A stretch of 55,116 bases of DNA, filler included, from Catajapyx aquilonaris (Eukaryota): assembly GCA_000934665.2 (NCBI GenBank). It is 4 parts of 4 records of this genome, joined end to end, with 100 filler letters (N's around TTAATTAATTAA, not from the genome) between each part and the next. Parts side by side here need not be neighbours in the genome. Positions count along the whole stretch, not along the records: positions 1 to 13,710 come from JYFJ02008010.1; positions 13,811 to 27,517 come from JYFJ02008011.1; 2 more parts are not named here. One strand, written 5' to 3'. The translations under genes were made by a program, and so were the position numbers. Positions 11,053-21,135 of this stretch are shown in pieces (position 1 is the stretch's first letter; the number at the start of each line of letters is the position of its first letter). The notes below the pieces were generated by a model, which was not told the origin of the DNA, did no database searches, and was given only the letters and a program-made list of their open reading frames with translations.

Positions 11053-12533
11053 GGGCGCGGCATAATGGCCAACTGATCGCTCGCGCGTCCCTGATCCGGG
11101 TATTGCGGTCCCTGACCTTGCGGATACCTGACCTGTGGTACGTACTCGTACCAGTAACCTTCTCCTCTGCCGTGACCTGTCACGTCACTCGTGATGGTCG
11201 TACCTCCGGACGGTCCCGGATAATACATCCGAGGGGGTGGTGCCCTGGGTCGCGTCTGATTAAAGCCTCCACGCTTATTTTTGGGACACTGGGAGCGCCA
11301 GTGATTACCACCACATCCACGGCATGCTGAGGGTGGATCATTGACTTTAATCTGCATCGGACATTTATTAATCCAGTGGTCCCCCTTCCCACAGCGCCAG
11401 CAGGGCCCTGGTGGCTTCTGGGGCTGGTGAGGACACTGAGGCAATAAATGATCGTAACTAGAGCACCTATAGCACCTCGCCCTGTCCTTGACCTGATTTT
11501 GCCGTTTTTTAAACTCTGCATTATTAGGTGCCGGCGCGCGCGCGAGCTTCTTTGCGCCTTCCCAGTGTTTGGTGGCGTCTACCTGGTATTTTTCCAGCTG
11601 TTTGGACAGCATAGCCACCTTCTGATTAAGCTGGCTCACAATATCAACTTCCCCCTCGTGAACTGCAAGAATCGGTCTAGTGCGCGGCTTGGTTCCTATT
11701 CCCATACTTTTCTCACTCATTTCCGCCTCAAGCGCTAGTGTGAGGGCCTCATTCAAAGTTTTCGGTTTTAAAATACTCAGGGTATGCTTTGTCCTCTCCG
11801 AAGCGAGTCCCGTAAGAAATTGGGATAGTATAAGCACATTGACTGTCTCAACTTCGGCGGGCGCGTCCGAAGATGCTTGCAAATCCATTTGCATGCGACG
11901 TAATCCCGTCACAAACTCGTTAACAGACTGCCCCGGTTCCTGCCTGATGCTTTTAACATCGCCAATCAGGTCGGTAAATCGCCTTGCTGGGCTAAAGCGG
12001 TCCATAAAAAGCTTTTTGAATGTGGCCCAGTCCGCGGCATCCCTAGCTTCGGGCGTGAACGCAACATAATCGGCTGCCGCGCCTCCTAATTTGAGTCGGA
12101 CACACCTAATCTTGTCCGGTTCTGTCCAATTGCTCAGAGCCCCAACAATGTCTATTTGTTCCAAGAACGTTCGTGCTGATTGCGAAGGCAATCCGTCAAA
12201 GCTGTGCAAAGACATCAACATCCCCGTATTAATCCGGGCGGCCGGTGGGGCGACTTGTGCGGGCGGATCCGTAAGTGCCGCTGCATTTGAACCACCTGCC
12301 GCGACCAAATTACTAAGGTCTCCTTCAAATGGGTTAAACGAGGCGCGGTCATAACCGGAATCCTCCATTTCTCGCAACAGCCAATCGGCTCTATTTCTTT
12401 CTATCTGAAGTAAGGCGCGTAATTGCAATATCTCCCCTTTATACCACTCTACTAAATCACGGGCATTATCTATTTCTTTCCCAAGCGACGCATTTAAAAA
12501 TTCTGGGGGCTCTTCCGCGTCCGAATTACTCAT
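11013..12533 (-). CDS. gag: Gypsy gag, 506 aa, three zinc knuckles
   Basis: Retrotransposon capsid-like region (FDG..W...K..L.G.A; RQEPGQSVNEF), CYRCSSYDHLLPQC, CWRCGKGDHWINKC, CRGCGGNHWRSQC. Confidence 0.95.
   Translation of the reverse strand: MSNSDAEEPPEFLNASLGKEIDNARDLVEWYKGEILQLRALLQIERNRADWLLREMEDSGYDRASFNPFEGDLSNLVAAGGSNAAALTDPPAQVAPPAARINTGMLMSLHSFDGLPSQSARTFLEQIDIVGALSNWTEPDKIRCVRLKLGGAAADYVAFTPEARDAADWATFKKLFMDRFSPARRFTDLIGDVKSIRQEPGQSVNEFVTGLRRMQMDLQASSDAPAEVETVNVLILSQFLTGLASERTKHTLSILKPKTLNEALTLALEAEMSEKSMGIGTKPRTRPILAVHEGEVDIVSQLNQKVAMLSKQLEKYQVDATKHWEGAKKLARAPAPNNAEFKKRQNQVKDRARCYRCSSYDHLLPQCPHQPQKPPGPCWRCGKGDHWINKCPMQIKVNDPPSACRGCGGNHWRSQCPKNKRGGFNQTRPRAPPPRMYYPGPSGGTTITSDVTGHGRGEGYWYEYVPQVRYPQGQGPQYPDQGRASDQLAIMPRPGNAERPPNSAGD
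11046..11052 (-). promoter_or_regulatory. -1 ribosomal frameshift slippery heptamer G GGA AAT
   Basis: X XXY YYZ heptamer in gag frame (CCG GGA AAT); -1 slip gives GGG AAA TGC, the open pol frame. Confidence 0.75.
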
Positions 12534-12692
12534 TCATCGTCACGGGTTCCCAAAAGCGATAAGAAAAGGCCAGATCACTGTTGGGCATGTCACTCTCACA
12601 CTCTTTGGCAATGCGCACAAAAGGCCAAGTTTGTTTCAAATTTTCCCACAATACGACAACGTATAAGTTTAACTTTTAGTGACCAAAAAGTG

Positions 12693-12709
12693 TCACGTCG
12701 GGGTCACCA
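12693..12709 (-). promoter_or_regulatory. Primer binding site, tRNA-Trp
   Basis: Minus strand TGGTGACCCCGACGTGA, complementary to the eukaryotic tRNA-Trp 3' end (TCACGTCGGGGTCACCA), 3 nt after the LTR-terminal CA. Confidence 0.93.
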
Positions 12710-12712
12710 TTT

Positions 12713-13613
12713 TGTCAGGTCTAATCAATCTGAAAAGCAACCTGAAAGTTGTCGTGTGTATGCGGGAGAATTCGAAATGAGGCTTGGCCAGGCAACGGTT
12801 TAAAATCCAATTATTATTCAACCAACATTTTAGTTACAGTTACAAATTGAACCATTTGTAGCCCGAGAGTGACAATGACTTCCCGCTCGACTCACGCTAC
12901 CAACTGTGCTCTTGGGTGCATGGTCCTGGTCATCCTGTCCTTCTGCTCATCCTGTCCTTCTGCTCATCCTGTCCTTCTGCTGCTTGGCCGGTGACGGGAA
13001 CTGGGGGCGGTGGTCTTCCTTCCGGGCTTCTTGGGTAGGAGGAGGACGGCTCATTTCCGGAAGCGCGAGCACTCGGGGAATTTTACATTGTCAAGTTGAC
13101 AATCAATAAGTAACAGCAGACTAGTGATTGTGATTAACAAATAAAAATGGCCAAATTTCGGGGAGTTCAAAAGCTACATCCTTTCTGGATGCTGGAGGCT
13201 GGAGAAGTCTCCCGCCTTGGGGCTTTCAAGTGAGACGCTGCCCAAAGTCTCAGACAGACCAGAATAATTCCATTGGTCGGAATTTAGTTCAACATGTTAA
13301 AAGGATTGGTCAAAAATGACTTCACGTCAAACTCATGGTTAGTTCAAAGCCTGATTGGTTGCTAGGGTAGCGTCTCTCTTTCCCCCACATCTTTACATCT
13401 CAGCAGATGTGGAGTAAAATAATTGGCGTGACAAATTGGTGTTTCTCCTTCACGCCATGCTCTCCCTCGTCGGCAAAAGTGGAGTGTAAAGTATAAAGAA
13501 TGTTTGTTGGTTGGAACTGGTGTGAAAAAGGGAAGGAAACAATCCCCTCTTTGTGGGAGTAGTCCTGGTTACCATTAACTATAATGATCGTTATGACCGG
13601 AAGGGGCATCACA
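12713..13613 (-). repeat. 5' LTR (901 bp, TG...CA)
   Basis: Starts TGTGATG at 13613, ends TGACA at 12713 next to PBS; identity with 1-97 stops exactly at 13613. Confidence 0.92.
12931..12981. repeat. 3 x 17-bp tandem repeat inside LTR
   Basis: CATCCTGTCCTTCTGCT repeated exactly three times. Confidence 0.9.
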
Positions 13614-13710
13614 CATTGTTGGTGCGACGTATCCATGGTGCATTGTTACCATGACGCCTCCGATTGGCCCCCGTTCCGAGCATGCGCAGTGGGGGTGGAA
13701 CACGTCCAGT

Positions 13711-13810
13711 NNNNNNNNNNNNNNNNNNNNNNNNNNNNNNNNNNNNNNNNNNNNTTAATTAATTAANNNNNNNNNNNNNNNNNNNNNNNNNNNNNNNNNN
13801 NNNNNNNNNN
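13711..13810. other. Artificial contig-joining spacer
   Basis: N44-TTAATTAATTAA-N44 (stops in all six frames). Confidence 0.99.
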
Positions 13811-13928
13811 GATATGCTAATTTAAGGCGGTGTAGGGGCCTTCCCCAGGATTTCTATAAGGGACAAACATCTGACAAACTTCCTTATTTATAGATATAGA
13901 TATAGATATAGATAGTGAATTTTTATAC

Positions 13929-14349
13929 TTACGAGTCAATTTCTTTGTGTGCCATTGTTACGTCCAGGATTGTTCTTATGGTGTCCGGATGATTATTGCC
14001 AGAAGCCTTCTTCTGCCTTTCCAAACACGTACGACCTAGCTCTCTCTATGAATGTTTGTCAGGAAGAAGCCTAGAAGTTGGCTATTGAATCATATCCTTG
14101 AGGTGCAGAATGTCATCGTCACTTTCCTCTGCCTCAGAAGTAGTCAATGCATCTCCCAACTTTACTCCCTTCAGAAGATGCGCAAAAGGATCATCTTGAT
14201 CTTTCCTGTTCTTTGCCATCCTGTGACTCAATGAGAGTAGCCTACTCTGGCAAATGAAACACTTTCACGTTTCTTTCCGATGACTCATATATTGAACTCG
14301 CTGAAGCTCGTCTGCAATCCTCTTCGTTCTGGGCAACTAACTTCACCAT
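13929..14349 (-). pseudogene. TPR (HPDT-type) gene relic, paralog of 22841-23787
   Basis: CLERQKKASGNNHPDTIRTILDV with upstream in-frame stops and a frameshift; shares upstream sequence with the intact TPR gene. Confidence 0.65.
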
Positions 14350-15150
14350 AGGGCAAATCTGAAAACAAAAACACATTTAGTAAGTAATACTCTGAATTTT
14401 GGACTAAAGAGTATAACTATAAAGCTGGCATCGAATCATACGTTGAAATTTATTGAATTGGAAAGTTGATTAATTGTGCCACGCACACCAGTGTCGTTGC
14501 AAGATGTTTTTTTAACATCTTGATAAGATAAGCAAGGTACCTCATTGACACGTGAACGTTTCACCTTGAACATCAGGATGTTACGTTAATTCTCTAAATG
14601 TCAATTCATTGAAAGTTCACCTGAACGTTCAGTGTCACACTATTATAAACTTCAGGGTTGAGTAACTGTTCTAAACCTGACACAGTACTTTTCTACATTG
14701 CACTCATAACTTACTGTTCATTTCCCTTCCAGCTCGATAAGAAAAACCGCTGAAGTTCTTCGGCTAACCCATCAAAACTTCTCTTATTCACCAAAAGACT
14801 GGTCAATCCAGCAAGGTCCGGAGGCTTAAAACACTGAACAAAAATACTTCAATGTAGGCTGTGTACTGCACCTCTAGCAATGTCGTCAGGCAGTGGGTTT
14901 ATCGAGATGTGTATCACATCCTTATCAAACCAGTGCTGTGAATAAAGCAGACATGAGGTGTAGCAGCAAAATAATCCAGACTTAATACCCATCAGCGCCT
15001 GTAACTTATATAAACTCATCAAATGCTACGCAATCACTTCAAGTGCTGCATTACCTTGTACTTTGGTACGACCCTATCCCCAATAAGAGATAATTAGGTG
15101 AGATGGCGGAGTCCAGTAAATGCACCTCAAGAAGAACTGCTTTTAACCTT

Positions 15151-15310
15151 TAAGCCGCATTTACATGTGAGTGATTTGATCAGCGATGAATCCAATTGTT
15201 TGGGGCGAAAGTAACAGTAATGGTAACGATCGATTTTCGTCCCAAACAATCAGATTAATCGCTCAGCGACGACATCGCTGATCAAATTGCTCACTTGTAA
15301 ACATGATTTT
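15151..15310. mobile_element. Small MITE-like inverted repeat
   Basis: TTTACATGTGAGTGATTTGATCAGCGATG ... CATCGCTGATCAAATTGCTCACTTGTAAA. Confidence 0.6.
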
Positions 15311-15484
15311 ACAGAGCAGAACGGACCAAAACTAATCCTTTGCACTTGTATTTTCATGCTTTATTGAATACTATTTCGTGCAAGACCAATACACAGAGTC
15401 CGAATCTATAAACGAAGTTAGCAGAACTACTCGCAATATGCGGTTGATTACACATGAATAAGTCATTGTTTGTCACGGCCGGAT

Positions 15485-16871
15485 CTAAATATTGGCACCA
15501 AATAATCCTGCCATTCTTTCATAAGCAGGTTGACATTCCGGACGGAACCGCCAGTCTTCACACAGCATGACTTTAATGCCTTCGTCAAGCAGGTCGTACG
15601 CTTGCCGTCGGCACAACAAATCCTCGAATCTATCTCTGCGAGCTTCTCTGGACAGCCCTACGTGATGCAAAACCTCACACATGATCAGGCCCAATGAGAA
15701 CACGTTAGACCGTGTCATCAGCTGAGTTCCAATCCGCTGCTCTGGGCTGGAGTAGTCCAGACACCTGCTTAGTTCTCGGTTCTGATTGTCGCACTGCTTC
15801 AAATGGGTGCTGAAGCTGTGGTAATTACCAATCTTCACACTAGTTCCATCCAGTGCAAAGAATATGTTGAAAGGTTGAAAGTCCTGGTGTACGATGTCAT
15901 TGTTGTGCAGAAAAATCAGGCCGGAAAATATCTGCGGCAAGATTGAAAGGTTCCCAGTGGTGTTCCAGTTGGAATCTAGCCTGTGACCCAATGTGTCTGG
16001 ATGGCAAAGGTCGGCCGCTTGGTGCAGGAAGTACAGGTCAGGTTTTGAGGTCAGATGTTCAGGCGATATCCAGTCAAGCGCTGACCTATCGTAGTCCGGC
16101 ATCTGATTTTCAAATTCGGTGGTCCAGCACAGAGGAAGGTTCTTCAGTCTCTGCAGCTGATATTGCACGATGTTAGTGTGTCTGAGTCCATTCACCCTGT
16201 TGATCTCCTCCAGGGCATGGTTATAGTCATTTGAATCCCTCAGTTTTCTGGCAGAGTAAAACCGCTTGTTGTCCTTGCAGTGTATGATTAAAAGGTCGCT
16301 CGCAGGTTGAGCCTCCGTCCTGGAAAGCGAATTTCAGTCATAAGCAATTAGACTAACCGCACAATAATTTAGCATACCTGTTACAGTGGACATTCAGCAT
16401 GTGTCTTGTAAGAAAATTGGCGACAGGGTCACGCTTTTCTATACTGGCCAACTGCAATGGGGTGTGTCCTTTCTCATTTACCACGTCCCAATTGGCATCC
16501 AATTCAATGAGACACCTCACAACTTCCAGCTTACCAAACCTGGCTGCCAAGTGTAACGGGGTCTCACTGTCATTGGTTCGTGCGTTCACATCACAGCGAG
16601 CCTTCGTCACCAACATCCGGCAGATGGGCACGAATCCTTTCTCAGATGCCTCATGTAGTGGAGTCTTCCCTGCATGATTGCCCTGCATGGGCCAACACCC
16701 TTTCAGAAGGAGAAGGTTGCACATTTGTATGTTCCCAGTGGTGCATGCCATCAGCAACGGATTGTTGCCCATCTCGTCCGGAGAGTTGACATGTACAATC
16801 GTCAGTAAAGACTGCACTGTATCGACATTGCCGCTTCTCACTGCGTCATGCAGCTCCCGTATCCTCTGCAT
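15485..16871 (-). CDS. Ankyrin-repeat protein fused to eIF2alpha-kinase-like pseudokinase (exons 16871-16378, 16319-15485)
   Basis: 4-5 ANK repeats; 58-nt GT-AG phase-2 intron (16320-16377) joins in frame to HTNIVQY..LIFLHNNDIVHQDFQPFNIFF..VKIGNYH..YSSPEQ..SNVFSLGLIMCE. Confidence 0.85.
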
Positions 16872-17612
16872 TACAGGCTTCTTTACAAGTGAGTGGGTAG
16901 AAGGCAAAAGTTGGAATACAAGTACACCCTATGCATGTTCAACACTCAAATGTTCGAAGGAGAACAGTTGGCTCAAAAGGAGCAGTGAACAAGACTGCCA
17001 GCGCTGCGGATAAGCCTCCTACCACAATCATAAGATATCAATGGACTTATCTTATCAGGAGCTTGCAAGGCTTAAATTAGAAGAGGTCACGAGAAAGTTA
17101 CATGCACTGAGATACATTTATTTTCTTGTGTGTTTATCCAGGTTTGTACTACTTCAATACGAATGTAAGGGAGATATTGCAAATGGTTCAAACCACTGAA
17201 ACCAGCAACTCTGTTCTTGGGTAGTGCACCAAACTGTTATTAAATAAATAGGTAAAAGGGTCATGCATAGTACTGTGTACTACACTGGAAAGTGACATAT
17301 GCATTCATGTAATACTGACAGGTCAATTGTCAGAACTCGAACTGACGTCCCCAGCTTTTAATTGTCACCATCATTGCTGGCAGTGTTGAAAGTCATTGAT
17401 GTCTTTGTTTCCTCCAGCTTTTGTAATAAAAGTTTACCTCGTTACATTTTGAACAAGTGCGATGAGATAATGACAAGACTTCTTATTAAACTGTGTGAAC
17501 TTTTTTTTTGGTTCCGAGCTACTTCCCCCTGCCTTATATAGTGTACAACGTTCCCGCCACCAGTCGGCACTCCAATCAGTCAGGATAAATGTCGGCCCGC
17601 GTGGACCCGACA

Positions 17613-18202
17613 ACCTCCACCTCGACCCCTTCCTTCAGCAGAAGGTCAACCACTGGGATGTGGCCTTTGAATGAAGCCAAGTGGATGGGCTGGTTTCCGT
17701 TACTGTTCAAAGCCTGCAGATTGGCCCCTTTGGACACCAGGAACTGGACCATCTCCAGGCTACCATTCCATGCTGCATTATGAAGCGGGGTCCTATCACC
17801 CCACCCCTTGACCTCCACCTCGACCCCTTCCTTCAGCAGTAGGTCAACCACCGGGAGGTGGCTTCCTCTTGAAGCCAAGTGGATGGGCTGGTCTCCTCTA
17901 CTGTCCAAAGCCTGCATGTTGGCTCCTCTTGTGATTAGGAGTTGACAGATGGAAGGGTGTCCACATCCGGCTGCCACATGGAGGGGTGTCCATCCTCCAG
18001 CCCCTTCCTGGTCCACAGGCCACCCTTCCTCCAACAAGAGGGACACCACCTCCTCATGACCACTTTTCGCTGCCAGGTGTAGTCCACTCCACCCGTCCTT
18101 CCCAACCTCCCCCAACAGTCCTCCCACTCCCCCCATCTCTTCAACCACCCTCCTCACCTCCTCCAACCTGTCCTCTTCGCAGGCTGACAGAAACATCCTC
18201 AC
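17613..18202 (-). pseudogene. Ankyrin-repeat exon, 3'-truncated copy of 19852-20619
   Basis: ~5 ANK repeats, TTTTCAG acceptor at 18203; similarity to the paralog breaks abruptly at GVEVEV (17613). Confidence 0.75.
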
Positions 18203-18496
18203 CTGAAAATGAGGAACATCAGTCAGGCAAGTAATGCACAGCTGCGTAAAATTACTAGTGGCAAGGTTCAGTATGTCTGCAAGAGTTCAACCTCATTTGT
18301 AGGGAGAAGATTAGCGCTTGAAATCACACATCATCATCAGTCCCTCGCTGTTGTGTTAACTTACATTGCGCAACCTGAGATTTGAAACTTCTCGAGATGG
18401 TTCTTGAATCTTCATCTGAAAAGGAAGAGTTTTAAAATTTGTGTCTTGCTACAAACTCCTGTGTAGATTATTAAATGCCTATTATGCACATCTGAA

Positions 18497-18829
18497 GGAG
18501 GGAGACGGAGTGGCGCCGCGGTAACGCGTGCGCCCACGGAAGTTAAGGTCCCGGGTTCAATCCCCACCCGGGGTTCCCACCTTCTTTCGTGCAGAGTTGG
18601 GCCATCTCTGGCTTCGTTTCGGGTGGCAATTTCCGATAGACTAAGCCACCCGGGGGAGTTCACAAAATGACCAATTAACGACAGCGCACATGCACTTCGC
18701 ACATCCCCTCCTAACTACCTTGGAGTATACTAATAAGATTATTCTTAACTCGCTCCAAAAAAAACAAATACCAATGGTGGTAATCCACCACCCCCTATAG
18801 ACCTACAAAGGTCATCACAGGGTAAATGG

Positions 18830-18876
<47 letters not shown>
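18497..18876 (+). mobile_element. tRNA(Arg-like)-derived SINE with A47 tail
   Basis: A box TGGCGCCGCGG, B box GGTTCAATCCC; 13-bp TSD ATGCACATCTGAA at 18484-18496 and 18876-18888. Confidence 0.92.
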
Positions 18877-18883
<7 letters not shown>

Positions 18884-19851
18884 CTGAACGAATACGACCA
18901 ATCAATCACAAACTTCACAATGATGTAAGACCCCTTCTGGCTTCAAAAATATGTATCCTTAACCCAGACGATGTTAGATGTGGAAATTTAAAATGACTTT
19001 AACTGTCTTGAAAAATCGGACTATGATAAACATATATATTTTCCCGCTTAATAGGAAATCCAATACAGATAAACTTATGCAGATTACTGGCCTGTCTTCA
19101 GCTTGGCTCAAATTGGATACTGTTGGGAGATTACATGCTGAAATTGAGTGTCCTTAGGCACATGCGTCAGTCTAATTACTCGAATAATTTCAACATAAGA
19201 GATGAGCAATACTGGCTGCCGCTTTTTGGATGACAACTGTGTCTTTCTCACTGAGGATGGCCATTACATCTTGCATTAAGCATTGACAAAAAAAAAATAC
19301 TTGAAAGTTTCCTTCTCTGCATATCAGATATTGCATAAAATGGACAGTAGAAATGAAACACAGCCAATTACACTGAATATGCTCGAAACTCAACAATGTG
19401 GATCAATATGAGCACCGTGTGATGATGGGTTTTGAAAAGTTGCTTGAGGTTTATATGGATGACTACAATACAGTGGAAGATGATAGATTAGACACTGGAG
19501 ATGCTACTGGTAAAGCATCCAAAATAATGGCAGCCAGGATTGCCCATATCTTGTGTTGAGATTATTCTAGTAGCATTCAGTATCTTCAGACGTCTTTCAA
19601 AATTCCTCTTACAATCATGCCCATGCTTTTCAGTGTAATCTGCTTGGACATGACTTCAAGCATTTCAAAGGCCAGTAGGGTATCCAGCCACTTGTAGCAG
19701 TCAAGGGCATGGGTACGCACATCTTCTTTTGTACACTTGAAAATAATACAATGCACACTTGTATAACGGAGTTTCTCAGTCCATATTATCAATAAATAGT
19801 TGGTTTAAATGTTATTCAAACTTCAAAAGCAGGGGTAATGAAAAGACTCAC

Positions 19852-20619
19852 CTTCAGATATTTGGCCACTTCTTTGTAACCCCTCTGATTGGCAAGTTCA
19901 GCTGGCGTGTCTCCATCCTTGTTCTTGGCCCTTGGATTGGCCCCTTTGGACACCAGGAACTGGACCATCTCCAGGCGGCCATACCTTGCTGCCATGTGAA
20001 GTGGGGTCTGATCACCCCTCCCCTTGACCTCCACCTCGACCCCTTTCTGCAGTAGGAGGTCAACCACTGGGAGGTGGCCTCCTCCTGAAGCCAAGTGGAT
20101 GGGCTGGTCTCCGTCACTGTCCAAAGCCTGCAGATTGGCCCCTTTGGACACCAGGAACTGGACCATCTCCAGGCGGCCATTCAATGCTGCCCTGTGAAGC
20201 GAGATCTGATTCCATCTCCCCTTGACCTCCACCTTGACCCCTTCCTTCAGCAGGAGGTCAACCACTGGGAGGTGGCCTTCTGCTGCAGCCAAGTGGATGG
20301 GCTGGTATCCGTGCCTGTCCAAAGCCTGCAGATTGGCCCCTCTTCTGATCAGGAGTTGACACGTCGAAGGGTGTCCATATCTGGCTGCCACATGGAGGGG
20401 TGTCTGTCCTCCAGACCTTCCCTGGTCCACAGGCCACCCTTTGTCCAGCAAGTGGGACACCACATCATCATGTCCATCTTGCGCTGCCAGCTGTAGTCCA
20501 CCCAACCCATCTTCCCCAGCCTCCACCAACAGTCCTCCCACTCCTCCCATCCCCATAACCAACCTCCTCACATCCTCCAATTCGCCCTTTTTGCAGGCAG
20601 ACAGAAACATCCTCACAGC
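19852..20619 (-). CDS. Ankyrin-repeat exon (~7 repeats, phase 0-0)
   Basis: TPLH/QPIH ANK motifs; TTTTCAG acceptor 20620, GTGAGT donor 19851; 768 nt; possible downstream exon 19737-19586. Confidence 0.88.
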
Positions 20620-21135
20620 CTGAAAATAAGGAGCATGAGCCATGTCATACACTGCCATGTAAGGTGCAGTGTTCTGGCAAGTTCAATTTCAAAATTTTGG
20701 AAAAAAATTAACTACTTCATAAAGTGAGGAAAACATTCCATTACGGATCAGATGTCAGGTCGAATCCCAAATTGCAACCACCGTACCTTTCTTCCAGTCA
20801 CCATTTCGCGTAAGTCCTCATGGTCCCAGATAATAAAAGTTTACCTTGTTACGTTTTGAACAAGTGCGATGAGATAATGACAAGACTTCTGATTAAACTT
20901 TGTGCACCTTTTTTTTTGCTGCCGAGCTACTTCTTCCGGCTTCTTACTCCTCTTCCTTGGAAGAGTTAAATCTTTCCTCTCTCTTTTCCTCGAGGACCCC
21001 TGGCCTGAAGTTGCTTCCGGTGCAATAGTTGCCTTCTGCTTGCCGTCGCTTTCACTGGTCAGCCATGATGCCTGATATCCACGAGATAAGATTGTTAAAG
21101 ATTTGAAAACATAATAATAATTGCAACATCCATAC

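Larger units (their letters stand above)
1..13613 (-). mobile_element. Ty3/Gypsy LTR retrotransposon, near full length (3' LTR truncated by window/contig start)
   Basis: LTR-PBS-gag-pol-PPT-LTR order on minus strand; pol order PR-RT-RH-IN; bases 1-97 are identical to 13517-13613. Confidence 0.97.

Noticed and set aside
12931..12981. CRISPR-like repeat
   Set aside because: Contiguous tandem repeat with no spacers, inside a eukaryotic LTR
15485..16871. RNase L or ILK ortholog
   Set aside because: No KEN/RNase domain after the kinase; motifs resemble eIF2alpha kinases rather than IRE1 or TKL-type kinases
18497..18575. tRNA gene (also 44900-44969, 45340-45420, 47024-47100, 52235-52312)
   Set aside because: Broken cloverleaf stems, continuous with SINE body, tail and TSD
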